Shown: piece by piece, positions 15,590-24,823 of the stretch
How the letters are laid out: every line of letters begins with the position of its first letter
Numbering within the stretch: position 1 is the stretch's first letter
IMG/VR virus record: IMGVR_UViG_3300012347_000380
Coordinates: 1-38,778 of that record
Direction: 5' to 3' (one strand)
DNA from: a virus
Lineage: Duplodnaviria > Caudoviricetes
Length of the DNA: 38,778 nucleotides
Made by a program: the position numbers and the translations under genes
The notes under the pieces: generated by a model
What the model was told of the DNA's origin: nothing
The model's database searches: none
Seen by the model: the letters and a program-made list of their open reading frames with translations, nothing else

Positions 15590-17239
15590 ATGCCTGCCCT
15601 TCAATTCATCCTCACGACCGCTGGCAAGAACGCCATCGTCAACGCCAACAACACCGGCACGGCTCCGGTCGTGATCGATCGCGTGGCCGTCGGCTCCGCA
15701 TCGTGGACACCGACCGCAGCCGCGACCGCGCTCAACACCGAGATCAAGAAAATCTCTGCCATCGGTGGGGCCGCTGTCGCCGACGACACGATCCACGTCA
15801 CCGCTCATGATTCAGGTTCCGACGTCTACACTGTGAAGGAGGTGGGGCTCTACACCGCTGGCAACGTGCTCCTCGCGATCTACTCGCAGTCCACGCCGAT
15901 CATCACGAAGGGTGCCGACACGGTCGCGCTCATCGCCGCCGACCTTGTCATCACCGGAGTTCCTGCCGGTTCCGTCACCGTCGGAGATACGACGTTCGAC
16001 TATCCGCAGGCCACCGAGACTGTCAAAGGCGTGGCCGAGCTGGCGACGACCGCAGAGGCGCAGGCAGGCACCGACGACGAGCGCATCATCACGCCGAAGA
16101 AACTGCAGGACGTGACCGCGACCGCGACCCGCAAGGGCGTTATCGAACTCGCGACCGACGCCGAAACCACGACTGGAACGGACACCGCCCGGGCTGTCAC
16201 TCCAGCCGCGCTCAGGGCCGCGCTACTCGTCCACGGGATGCCAACCGCAAACCCGCTCGCGAACGGCACCAACCTCAACAGCGTGGCCGTATCGGGGTTC
16301 TACCGTGGCGCTGCTGGTGGCTACACCAACCTGCCCACAAGGCCCGGAGGAGGCACCACGTTCGACTTCGACCTGGTCCACGTGCAGGCACCTGCGGGCG
16401 AGGCCTCGCAGATGATGTTCGTCTCTGGAACCGAGATCTATTTCCGGAACAAAGACGCCGGCACTTGGTCGGTCTGGCAACGCCTCATCACCGCTTCGAA
16501 TGTTGCGACCGAATCCGCGCAGGGCATCATCGAACTCGCGAACTCCACCGAGGTGATCACCGGGACCGACACCGAGAAGGCCGTCACCCCCGCAGGGCTC
16601 GCAGGGCTCACCGCAACGACCGGCCGACGTGGCATCATCGAGATTGCCACCACCTCGGAGGCACAGGCCGGGACCGACTCAGAGCGTGCGTTGACCCCGC
16701 AGGCTCTCCAGCAAGTCACCGCCTCGTCGATCCGCAAGGGAGTCGCCGAGATTGCCACCGACGCCGAGGTCCAAGCCGGAACCGACGAAGAACGCATCGT
16801 CACACCCGCAGGCCTCCGCGCATGCACGGCAACCACCACCCGAGAGGGAGTCATCCGCGTTGCCACCGGAACCGAAGCCAACGAGGGAAGTGCCTCGAAT
16901 CTGGCCATCGTCCCGAACACGCTTAGGCTCTACCCGGGATCGTGCCGCGCATGGGTCAACTTCAACGGTTCTGGAACCGTGGCAATCAGGGCCTCGCACG
17001 GGGTTACGTCGATCACCGACCGGGGCGTCGGTCGTTACACGATCAACTGGGACGGGGTTTTCGGATCCTCGAACTATTGCTTCGTGGCATGCGCTCGGCA
17101 GATCAACGACATTTCGGATTCCTGCACGGTATCCCCTCGGGTCTCCGAAACGAAATCTGCCGGGGCGCTTCAGATCACCGTCACCGAAGGCGCAGACGTG
17201 CAGGATTCCACTGAAATTTGCGTCGCCGCGTTCGCTTAA
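15590..17239 (+). CDS. tail fibre protein
   Basis: N-terminal collar (ILTTAG...VKEVGLY), six ~36-aa ATxxxKGxxELAT...VTP repeats, a central knob-like insert and a C-terminal RAWVNFNG domain. Confidence 0.9.
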   Translation: MPALQFILTTAGKNAIVNANNTGTAPVVIDRVAVGSASWTPTAAATALNTEIKKISAIGGAAVADDTIHVTAHDSGSDVYTVKEVGLYTAGNVLLAIYSQSTPIITKGADTVALIAADLVITGVPAGSVTVGDTTFDYPQATETVKGVAELATTAEAQAGTDDERIITPKKLQDVTATATRKGVIELATDAETTTGTDTARAVTPAALRAALLVHGMPTANPLANGTNLNSVAVSGFYRGAAGGYTNLPTRPGGGTTFDFDLVHVQAPAGEASQMMFVSGTEIYFRNKDAGTWSVWQRLITASNVATESAQGIIELANSTEVITGTDTEKAVTPAGLAGLTATTGRRGIIEIATTSEAQAGTDSERALTPQALQQVTASSIRKGVAEIATDAEVQAGTDEERIVTPAGLRACTATTTREGVIRVATGTEANEGSASNLAIVPNTLRLYPGSCRAWVNFNGSGTVAIRASHGVTSITDRGVGRYTINWDGVFGSSNYCFVACARQINDISDSCTVSPRVSETKSAGALQITVTEGADVQDSTEICVAAFA

Positions 17240-17256
17240 CTCCACCGGAAACCATC

Positions 17257-17673
17257 ATGTCACAAGTCATCATCTATCAAGACGGAGGCTACCTCTGCAT
17301 CGTCCACCCGGCACCAGGCGTCACCATCGAACGCGCATTGCAGGACATCGACCAGGCATTCGAGGCCCGCATCGTCGACGCCGCCTCACTCCCGCAGGAC
17401 CGCTATTTCCGCCGAGCCTGGAAGATCGGCGCTCAGGGCGTTGAAGTGGACATCCCAACAGCGAAGGAAGTGCAGCGCGATTTGTGGCGAAAACGCCGGG
17501 GGCCGAAACTCGCCGAACTCGACACCGAGGTCCTGAAGTCCATCGAACGGGGCGACACGAAGAAGCGGAACGAGCTGTCCGCGAAGAAGCAGGCGCTCCG
17601 AGACGTGACCGCAACCGAGTTGCCGGACGACCTCGAAGGCATCCGCAACGCCGTCCCTGAAATCCTCCTCTAA
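17257..17673 (+). CDS. tail fibre assembly/chaperone-like protein
   Basis: LPQDRYFRRAW and KQALRDVT motifs; follows the fibre gene. Confidence 0.65.
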   Translation: MSQVIIYQDGGYLCIVHPAPGVTIERALQDIDQAFEARIVDAASLPQDRYFRRAWKIGAQGVEVDIPTAKEVQRDLWRKRRGPKLAELDTEVLKSIERGDTKKRNELSAKKQALRDVTATELPDDLEGIRNAVPEILL

Positions 17674-17677
17674 CAAC

Positions 17678-17833
17678 ATGAAAACAACCATCATCGGACT
17701 GCTCGCCGCAGCCGCCGCCGCGTTGCAAAACACCGTGCAGAACGGGGCCGAAATCACCGATTGGAAGACTTGGATTCTGCCGGTCTCCCTCGCCGCTCTC
17801 GGCTACCTCGCAAAAGACAGCACCTCGAAATAA
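17678..17833 (+). CDS. small two-TM holin-like protein (absent from the ORF track)
   Basis: MKTTIIGLLAAAAAALQ...WKTWILPVSLAALGYLAKDSTSK*, 51 aa. Confidence 0.6.
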   Translation: MKTTIIGLLAAAAAALQNTVQNGAEITDWKTWILPVSLAALGYLAKDSTSK

Positions 17834-18057
17834 TGGACCCCGCAACATCCTCCCAACTTGTGGTGCCCGTTTCGTGGGTGCTTGGTGTTTTCGGTCTGCT
17901 CGGAGGGGTGATCGCCACGCTGGCGGGCATCATTTACCGCAGTCTCACCGACCGCCTGTCCGTGCAGGACAAGATCATCGACAAGCTCCAAGACGACGTG
18001 GACCGGCTCTCAAAGGGATGCGGTCACGATGCCTGTCACTGGCGCTTAGGACGCTGA
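17833..18057 (+). CDS. single-TM plus coiled-coil protein (lysis-associated, holin/antiholin-like)
   Basis: WVLGVFGLLGGVIATLAGIIY TM segment followed by a coiled coil; TAATG coupling to the upstream gene. Confidence 0.55.
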   Translation: MDPATSSQLVVPVSWVLGVFGLLGGVIATLAGIIYRSLTDRLSVQDKIIDKLQDDVDRLSKGCGHDACHWRLGR

Positions 18058-18103
18058 CAAAACCACGCTCGACCCCATAGACCCCGAACCATAACGTCCC
18101 ACC
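18056..18103 (+). promoter_or_regulatory. late-promoter motif copy 4 (sheath operon)
   Basis: GACAAAACCACGCTCGACC-N17-TAACGTCCC, with ATG 6 nt after TAACGT. Confidence 0.8.
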
Positions 18104-19543
18104 ATGTCCGAGACATTCCTCCACGGCGTTCAGCTCCTCGAAGTCGATTCCGGCGCTCGCCCGATCCGCACCGTCCGCTCCTCTGTCATCGGACTTGTGG
18201 GATCGGGAAACAGTGATTCCGTTCGCGCCTCGAAAGAGATTGGATCCGGCAACGGCAAACTGAAATTTACCGCCGTCACTGACTCTGCCGCAGACGGGAC
18301 CGCTGGCAACCAGTATCAGGTCCGCGCCATCAACCCCGGCACGAACAACGCCTCGCTCGCTATCAGCATTTCCGGCAAGGTGATCACCATCTCCCTTGCC
18401 ACCGACGGAAGCGCAGTCGCTACCAGCACCGCGCTCCAGGTCATCACCGCGTGGAACTTGGCATCGAGCGTCAACGGCATCGTTGCAATCGCGCTCGGGA
18501 CAGACTCGACCGGGTCCGCTCTCTATGCCGCGCACGCCGCGACAAGCCTAACCGGAGGCGTCAACGCATCTTTCCCACTCAACGTGCCGGTCCTTGTCAC
18601 CAGCCCCACCGGCATCGACGCAAAGGTCGGTGCCAGCACCTACCTCGGCAAGGCTCTCGAAGCGATCTACAAGCAGGCCGGGGCCGTCGTGGTCGTGGTC
18701 CGGTCCAACGACCTCGAAACTCCCGACGCTACCGAGCTGACTGGCGTCTACGCGCTCAAGAAAGCGCAAGCCTCGCTCGGCTACGTCCCGCGCATCCTTG
18801 TGGTCGAGGATGGAAACTTCACCGTCTCCGACGTGAAGGCCGTCGCATCCGCTCTCAAGGCCACCGCGTTCATCGGTCTGAGCACCCTCCACTATCCGAC
18901 CGCCACCGACGCCACCGCGTTTGTCACCAGCGACGGCAACGAACGCACGATGATGCTGTGGCCGTCTGTCAACGGCTTACAGGACCCCGCTCCGTTCATT
19001 GCCGGCGTCACCGCCAAGTCCGACAACGACCGGGGATTCTGGTGGAGCCCATCCAATCAAGAGGTCTTCGGCATCACGTCGCTCGACGCGCCGGTTGACT
19101 TCCAGCTCGGCGACTCGACCAGCCTCGCCAACGTCCTCAACGAGGGCAAGGTCACCACCTTCATCCGCCAAGGCGGGTTCCGCGTGTGGGGCAACCTCAC
19201 CGGCTCCATCGACGCCAAGTGGCAGTTCCTCAGCGTTCGCCGAACCGCTGACATCATCAACGATTCGATCCTGTTCAATCACCTCTGGGCCGTGGACCGC
19301 AACATCACGCGGACCTACCTCGAAGACGTCTCCGACGGCGTGAACGCGTATCTCGCGACACTCACGAACCTCGGCGCGATCATCGGTGGCCGGTGCTGGC
19401 CTGATCCAGACCTTAACTCGCCCGACCAGATCGCGCTCGGGAAGGTGTATTTCAACTTCGAGTTCACGCCTCCTTACCCGGCGCAAACCGTCACCTTCCG
19501 TTCGATCCTCACGAACGACTATCTCTCCGAACTCATCGACTAA
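18104..19543 (+). CDS. contractile tail sheath (P2 FI-like)
   Basis: FLHGV, SVIGLVG, GFWWSPSN, GFRVWGN and FLSVRRT motifs. Confidence 0.95.
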   Translation: MSETFLHGVQLLEVDSGARPIRTVRSSVIGLVGSGNSDSVRASKEIGSGNGKLKFTAVTDSAADGTAGNQYQVRAINPGTNNASLAISISGKVITISLATDGSAVATSTALQVITAWNLASSVNGIVAIALGTDSTGSALYAAHAATSLTGGVNASFPLNVPVLVTSPTGIDAKVGASTYLGKALEAIYKQAGAVVVVVRSNDLETPDATELTGVYALKKAQASLGYVPRILVVEDGNFTVSDVKAVASALKATAFIGLSTLHYPTATDATAFVTSDGNERTMMLWPSVNGLQDPAPFIAGVTAKSDNDRGFWWSPSNQEVFGITSLDAPVDFQLGDSTSLANVLNEGKVTTFIRQGGFRVWGNLTGSIDAKWQFLSVRRTADIINDSILFNHLWAVDRNITRTYLEDVSDGVNAYLATLTNLGAIIGGRCWPDPDLNSPDQIALGKVYFNFEFTPPYPAQTVTFRSILTNDYLSELID

Positions 19544-19549
19544 CCGACC

Positions 19550-20053
19550 ATGAACGCAGCCGCTCAACAGCTCAAAAACTTCAATCTCTACGTCGATGGT
19601 CGCGGTTACGCGGGCAACGCCGACGAGGTCACGCTCCCGAACCTTGCCGTCCTCGGCGAGGACTATCGGGCTGGCGGGATGGATGCTCCTATCGAGATCG
19701 ATATGGGCATGGAGAAACTCGAAGCGTCGTTCACGATTTCGAAGTGGGACGCTCCCATTGAGAAGCTCTTCCGCTCGACCGGGTTCATCGGCCTCACGTT
19801 CCGTGGTGCCATCGTTGACCTCAACGGCACCGTCCGTGCAGGCGTCATCAAGATGCTCGGCAAAATCCACGGCATCGAGCGCGGAGCCGCCTCCCCTGGC
19901 TCTCGCGTGTCGAACTCCTACCGCGTCCCGCTGGTGGCCTACTCCTACACGCTCGACGGAGAGACCCTGCACGACATCGATGTTCGCAACATGAAGTGCG
20001 TCATCAACGGCGTGGACCGCCTCGCCGAGCAGCGCAAAGCCATCGGCCTCTAA
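19550..20053 (+). CDS. tail tube (P2 FII-like)
   Basis: LKNFNLYVDG, YRAGGMDAP, GMEKLE and INGVDRL motifs. Confidence 0.95.
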   Translation: MNAAAQQLKNFNLYVDGRGYAGNADEVTLPNLAVLGEDYRAGGMDAPIEIDMGMEKLEASFTISKWDAPIEKLFRSTGFIGLTFRGAIVDLNGTVRAGVIKMLGKIHGIERGAASPGSRVSNSYRVPLVAYSYTLDGETLHDIDVRNMKCVINGVDRLAEQRKAIGL

Positions 20054-20065
20054 CCGATCCTCATC

Positions 20066-20320
20066 ATGGCACTCAAGATCACGCTCAAGTATCCATTCCA
20101 GTTCGAAGGCCGCGAGGTCAAGGAGCTGTCATTCCGTCGCCTGAAGGTGGGCGAGGTCGCACGCGGCACCCACAAGGGCGACGAGATGAAGACCGCGATG
20201 CATATCTCTGCCATCGCCGCCGACCTGCCAATCGAGGCCATCGAGGAGATCGACGCCGCCGACTTCTCGGCCATCTCCGAGGCGCTGTCGGAAGCGGGTT
20301 TTTTCTCACATACGACGTGA
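20066..20320 (+). CDS. tail assembly chaperone (P2 gpE-like)
   Basis: ITLKYP...ELSFRRLKV...IDAADF; ends in a slippery G GGT TTT TTC tract. Confidence 0.88.
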   Translation: MALKITLKYPFQFEGREVKELSFRRLKVGEVARGTHKGDEMKTAMHISAIAADLPIEAIEEIDAADFSAISEALSEAGFFSHTT

Positions 20321-20442
20321 CCGACATCCGCCGTGCGGTGCTCTTCCTAGCGCACTACACGGGTTGGTCACGCGCTGAAATCCACGACCTGCCGATTGAC
20401 GAGTTCATTGAGGAGGTCGCTTTGATCCCGACTCCCCAATGA
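20296..20442 (+). CDS. -1 frameshift extension of the chaperone (gpE+E')
   Basis: The -1 frame after GGGTTTTTT reads ...LFLAHYTGWSRAEIHDLPIDEF, a typical E' motif, and ends overlapping the tape measure ATG. Confidence 0.8.
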   Translation, partial: GFFLTYDVTDIRRAVLFLAHYTGWSRAEIHDLPIDEFIEEVALIPTPQ

Positions 20443-22211
20443 CGAAAAACTTCGCGGCAAACCTCAAGATCGGAGCGGCACTAAGCTCCTCGGTCAACCG
20501 TGTTTTCGGAGGGCTGAAAAGCAAGATCAAGGAGCAGGAAGCAACCCTCAAAGGACTGCGGTCCGCCTACAAGGAAGCCGCCAAGGGGACCGGCGAATAC
20601 GCGGGCAAGCTCGACGAGCTGAAGGCCAAGATTCAAGCCGCAGAGCGGGAGATGAAGCGCCTTCGGTCGTCGGCGAAGTTCGACATTGGGGGCGGGTTTA
20701 AAACCGTCGGAGGTGCATTCCTTGGCGACGCGAAACGCCTCGCCGCTGGTGCAGGCATCGCAACCGCCGCAGTCGTTGGGCTCGGTGCTGCCGTCTACTC
20801 GACGACACGCGGATTCGTGGATTGGGCCGACGACATCGGCGACTCTGCCGAGGCGCTCGGCATGTCCACCCAGGCGCTTCAGACGTGGCAGTTCGCAGCC
20901 GCGACCGTCGGTGTGGGTGGCGCGAAAATGACAGCCTCCATTGCGAAGTTCTCGAAGTCGATCATGGAAGGTGGGAAGGCCACGGACGAGACGCTTACGC
21001 AGCTCGGATTCAACGCAGCCCGCCTCCGCAAGCTCAGCCTCGACCAGCAGCTCGAAGCCGTCGCCGAAGCGTTCAAGGACTACAAGGGAGCGGACAAGGC
21101 CGGACTTGCGATGAAGCTGTTCGGCAAGTCTGGATACCAGCTCGCAGGCATCCTAGCGAAGGGCAAGAAGGGCCTCGACGAGTTCCGCAAGGCTGGTGAG
21201 GAAACCGGTGCCGTCCTCAACGACGAAGCCGCCGCCGCCGCTGGCAACGCCGCATCGGCTCTCGACATGTTCGACATAACGATGGTCGGGCTGAGGAACA
21301 CCATCGCGATCCAATTTGTGCCGGCACTCACGCGCATGACCGAACGGTTCACGCAGCTCGTCCGCGACAACGGTCCGAAGATTCGAGAGTGGGCGACAGG
21401 CTTAGCTGGCGTCATCGAAACGAAGGTCGTGCCTGCACTGGGACGGTTCGCCGACAAGCTCCCTGGCATCATCGACGGCCTGACTAATTTTCTCGGCAAG
21501 TCGTGGGCCATCGTCACCGCCGTGAAGGATTTCGTCGGTGGATGGGACAACCTAGGGATCGCTCTCCTCGCGATCAACTTCGCGCCTACCATCGCCGCCG
21601 TTGGCAGTCTCGCGACATCACTCTGGACGCTCTCAGGAGCATCGTGGGCGGTCGTCGGCCCGTGGGGCATCCTCCTCGCCACGTTCACCGCTATGATGGC
21701 CGTCGTAGGCGATGGCAACCCGCTTGAAGGGCTCAAGTTCACCATCAAGGCGCTGGGCCGTGAGGCGCAGGCATTGTGGACGATCTACAAGGATCTGTGG
21801 TCCGATTTCGGACAGGACATCGGTCGCAACATCGAGGCGCTTTCGGTCGTCATCGACGAGACTATCGCGTCGATCAAGCAGACGTTCACGGACCTGTTCG
21901 CGTGGCTGACTGCCGGTTTCAATGCGGTCATCGCGAAGATCACCGGCATGTGGAACAAGGTCAAAGAGCTTGGGGCGTCGATCAAGGGCTTGCTCTCGTT
22001 CGGTGGTGACGATGCTCCCGCGGTCGCGCCTCAGATCATGAAGCCCGAGAACATGGCCGCGCCCGGTGGAGACAAGCGCACCTCGAACAACACATGGAAC
22101 ATCAACGTCACCGCACCCGGCGCAGACGGACGGCGCATCGCCGACCAAATCCGCACCGAGTTCCAACGCAAACCGCTGTTCGACTCTGACAGCGCACTCG
22201 TCCCCGCATGA
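20439..22211 (+). CDS. tail tape measure protein
   Basis: 590 aa, Ala/Gly-rich and helical with hydrophobic segments; located after the chaperone. Confidence 0.9.
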   Translation: MTKNFAANLKIGAALSSSVNRVFGGLKSKIKEQEATLKGLRSAYKEAAKGTGEYAGKLDELKAKIQAAEREMKRLRSSAKFDIGGGFKTVGGAFLGDAKRLAAGAGIATAAVVGLGAAVYSTTRGFVDWADDIGDSAEALGMSTQALQTWQFAAATVGVGGAKMTASIAKFSKSIMEGGKATDETLTQLGFNAARLRKLSLDQQLEAVAEAFKDYKGADKAGLAMKLFGKSGYQLAGILAKGKKGLDEFRKAGEETGAVLNDEAAAAAGNAASALDMFDITMVGLRNTIAIQFVPALTRMTERFTQLVRDNGPKIREWATGLAGVIETKVVPALGRFADKLPGIIDGLTNFLGKSWAIVTAVKDFVGGWDNLGIALLAINFAPTIAAVGSLATSLWTLSGASWAVVGPWGILLATFTAMMAVVGDGNPLEGLKFTIKALGREAQALWTIYKDLWSDFGQDIGRNIEALSVVIDETIASIKQTFTDLFAWLTAGFNAVIAKITGMWNKVKELGASIKGLLSFGGDDAPAVAPQIMKPENMAAPGGDKRTSNNTWNINVTAPGADGRRIADQIRTEFQRKPLFDSDSALVPA

Positions 22212-22651
22212 TCGGCACAATGATAGCTCTCGGCCCGTTCCGGTTCTCGCTTTCTGGCGCAGCCTACGACGAGCTGTCGCGATCCTCGAAATGGGATTGG
22301 AAGCCTGTGGACCGTGTCGGAGCGATGCCCGCGCTGCAATACACCGGGCCCCAGAACGACACGATCACGCTCTCCGGTCGCATCATTCCGGGGTTCACCG
22401 GGGGCGTCGAGCAGCTCGCTCGCATGCGTGCCCTCGCCGACCTCGGGTGGCCGCTACCGCTCATCGACGGCACCGGCAGATTCCACGGTCTATGGGTCGT
22501 CGAGTCAGTGGAGGATACCGGCTCGAAACACTTCAAAGACGGATACCCTAGAATGATCACGTTCAACGTCGGCCTCAAAAAATACGGAGACGGGTTCGGC
22601 ATCATCGGGCAACTCGCCAAGGCCTCGAAAATCCTCTCCCTGTTCGGCTGA
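22208..22651 (+). CDS. P2 gpU-like tail protein
   Basis: MIALGPFRF, LQYTGP, ITLSG and GLWVVESV motifs. Confidence 0.9.
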   Translation: MIGTMIALGPFRFSLSGAAYDELSRSSKWDWKPVDRVGAMPALQYTGPQNDTITLSGRIIPGFTGGVEQLARMRALADLGWPLPLIDGTGRFHGLWVVESVEDTGSKHFKDGYPRMITFNVGLKKYGDGFGIIGQLAKASKILSLFG

Positions 22652-22653
22652 TC

Positions 22654-22869
22654 ATGGACTACATCACCCGCCAAAACGACATCCTCGACGACGTGGTGTT
22701 CCGCTACTACGGCGACACCGACCGCCGCATTGTCGAGACGGTGCTGGAAGCCAACCGGGCAATCGGCCTCGCCGATCATGGGCCGGTGCTCCCTGCGGGG
22801 ATCACGATCACGCTCCCCGACCGGGCACCCGAAGCGCCCGCCGAAACCCTCACCCGACTCTGGGACTAA
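22654..22869 (+). CDS. P2 gpX-like tail protein (LysM-like)
   Basis: YITRQNDILD...YYG...VLEAN...LPAGITITLP...LWD. Confidence 0.92.
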   Translation: MDYITRQNDILDDVVFRYYGDTDRRIVETVLEANRAIGLADHGPVLPAGITITLPDRAPEAPAETLTRLWD

Positions 22870-23609
22870 TGCGCCCCACCTTCACGATCACGGTCAACGG
22901 TTCCGACATCACGAGTGCGATCAGTTCGCGCCTGGTGTCGTTGGAGATTGTAGACACCGTGGACGAGACGAGCGACGGTCTCACCATGACGCTCGAGGAC
23001 GTGGCCGGCACTCTGGCTCTGCCGAAGTCCGGAGCAAGGATTGAGGTCGCGCTCGGCTACAACGGAGCAAACCAGCGCCTCGGCGCATTCGTGGCCGACG
23101 AAGTCCAAATCGAAGGCCCGCCCGACGTCGTGGTCGTGACTGGATCCTCGACTCCATTCGTGGAGGGACAGGGAGGAAGCGCATCGTTCACGAGCCGGAA
23201 AACGCGCTCGTGGGACGGCAAGACCATCGGCGACATCGTCGCGACCATCGCTGGCGAAAGCGGACTGTCGCCTATCGTCGATAAGACCCTCAAGGACATC
23301 ACAATCCCGCACATCGACCAGCTCGGGGAGTCCGACGCAAACCTCCTCATCCGCATCGCTCGCCGCTACGCTGGCGTCCTGAAGCCCGCTGACGGGCGTC
23401 TCGTGCTCGCCGCAGAACAGGGCGGGCAAACGACCAGTGGACAGGCTCTCGGCGTCGTCTTGAGGCCCGAGGACGTGACCAACTACCGCGTCCGCATCGG
23501 GGGCAAATCGCAGGGCGTCACGAAGGTGAAGGCCCGCGTCCACAACTACGAAACCGGCGAGGCCGACGAGATCGACGTCGACGTCGAGAAACCCCAGTTC
23601 GGCACATGA
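22869..23609 (+). CDS. baseplate hub / P2 gpD-like, N-terminal part
   Basis: DITSAISSRLVSL, SDGLTMTL, ALGY and HIDQLGESDANLLIRIA motifs. Confidence 0.88.
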   Translation: MRPTFTITVNGSDITSAISSRLVSLEIVDTVDETSDGLTMTLEDVAGTLALPKSGARIEVALGYNGANQRLGAFVADEVQIEGPPDVVVVTGSSTPFVEGQGGSASFTSRKTRSWDGKTIGDIVATIAGESGLSPIVDKTLKDITIPHIDQLGESDANLLIRIARRYAGVLKPADGRLVLAAEQGGQTTSGQALGVVLRPEDVTNYRVRIGGKSQGVTKVKARVHNYETGEADEIDVDVEKPQFGT

Positions 23610-23875
23610 GCGACAATTTCCGAGAAGTCTACGGATGGGCCCGCACGCCGGACGAAGCGAAGGCAGCGGCGAAGACCGCAGCGAAGCGCATCGAACGGGC
23701 GAAGGCCGGGATCGAGCTGACGCTACCGGGGCGACTCGACATCGTTGCCGGGATGCACATCACGCTGGAGGGGTTCCGAGATGGCATCGCGGGTAAGTGG
23801 AAGGTGGTCACGGTCCGGCACACGATCAGTCGAAGCGGGTGGCTGACTGCAATAACGGGAGAATCCGCGCAATAA
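23606..23875 (+). CDS. gpD-like C-terminal part as a separate ORF
   Basis: DEAKAAA...LTLPGRLDIVAG...GFRDGIAGKWKVVTVRHTISRSGWLT is the usual gpD C-terminus; ATGA overlap with the previous ORF. Confidence 0.8.
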   Translation: MSDNFREVYGWARTPDEAKAAAKTAAKRIERAKAGIELTLPGRLDIVAGMHITLEGFRDGIAGKWKVVTVRHTISRSGWLTAITGESAQ

Positions 23876-23938
23876 CGCGCAAACTTCCGCAAACTTTGAC
23901 CTTGCAATCAGTGACCATGTCGCTTGATTGGTGCCGCT

Positions 23939-24775
23939 ATGACGCACCAACCACCGCAAATCATCCATGGCCTGAGCAACGCCGACTATCACGCGTTGCC
24001 ATCGGTCTCGAAGTCGGGCCTCGACCTGATCCGCAAAGCGCCGATCCTGTTCAAGCACCGGCGCGAAAACCCCACACCGCAGACCGAAGCGATGCGCATG
24101 GGGACGCTTGTTCACAAGATCGTCCTCGAACCCGATTCGTTCGGCGACGAGTTCGTCGTGGTGCCCAAGGTGGACCGGCGCACAGCGCAGGGGAAAGCCG
24201 ATTGGGCCGCGTTCGAGATCGCTTCCGAGGGCAAGGACCTGGTCAATCAGGACGAATGGGAACAGCTCCAGTCCATCCGCCTCGCCGTGTGGGCTCACCC
24301 ATCTGCCGGCCGATTGCTTGGCGAGCTCCGCGACGTTGAAGCGTCGATCTTCTGGACCGACCCTGACACTGGCGTGGAGTGCCGGTGCAGGCCCGACGGC
24401 ATCCTGAACAACGGCGTGATCGTTGACGTCAAGACGACGAAGGACGCGAGCCCGGACGAGTTCCTGCGGAGCATCGTGAAATACCGATACCACGTGCAGG
24501 CCGCTTACTACGGCGACGGCTATCAGGCCGTGTTCGGAAAGGCTCCGAAGGGGTTTGCCTTCATCGCCGTGGAACCCGCACCGCCTCACCTCGTGGCCGT
24601 CTACGTCGCGAGCGCAGAGATGGTCCTCCGTGGTCGCACCGCCTATCAGGCCGATCTTGGCACCTACGCCCGGTGCGTCGAAACCGGCGAATGGCCCGGG
24701 CTCTCAACCGAACCCATCATCCTCGACCTGCCCAAGTGGGCAGGTGGGCAAGGGTGGATTATTACCGACTCCTAA
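23939..24775 (+). CDS. PD-(D/E)XK exonuclease (RecE/ExoVIII-like)
   Basis: SNADYHA, SKSGL, MGTLVH, EAS, CRCRPD, VDVKTT and YHVQAAYY motifs. Confidence 0.9.
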   Translation: MTHQPPQIIHGLSNADYHALPSVSKSGLDLIRKAPILFKHRRENPTPQTEAMRMGTLVHKIVLEPDSFGDEFVVVPKVDRRTAQGKADWAAFEIASEGKDLVNQDEWEQLQSIRLAVWAHPSAGRLLGELRDVEASIFWTDPDTGVECRCRPDGILNNGVIVDVKTTKDASPDEFLRSIVKYRYHVQAAYYGDGYQAVFGKAPKGFAFIAVEPAPPHLVAVYVASAEMVLRGRTAYQADLGTYARCVETGEWPGLSTEPIILDLPKWAGGQGWIITDS

Positions 24776-24823
24776 AAAAATCTCAGGCCGTCCATACGGC
24801 CCCACCAACGAAAAACAGACACA

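Noticed and set aside
23878-23896. Tandem CGCAAACTT repeat before the exonuclease, resembling inverted integrase arm sites
   Set aside because: Only two 9-bp copies with a partial match; may be a promoter element but function is unsupported.
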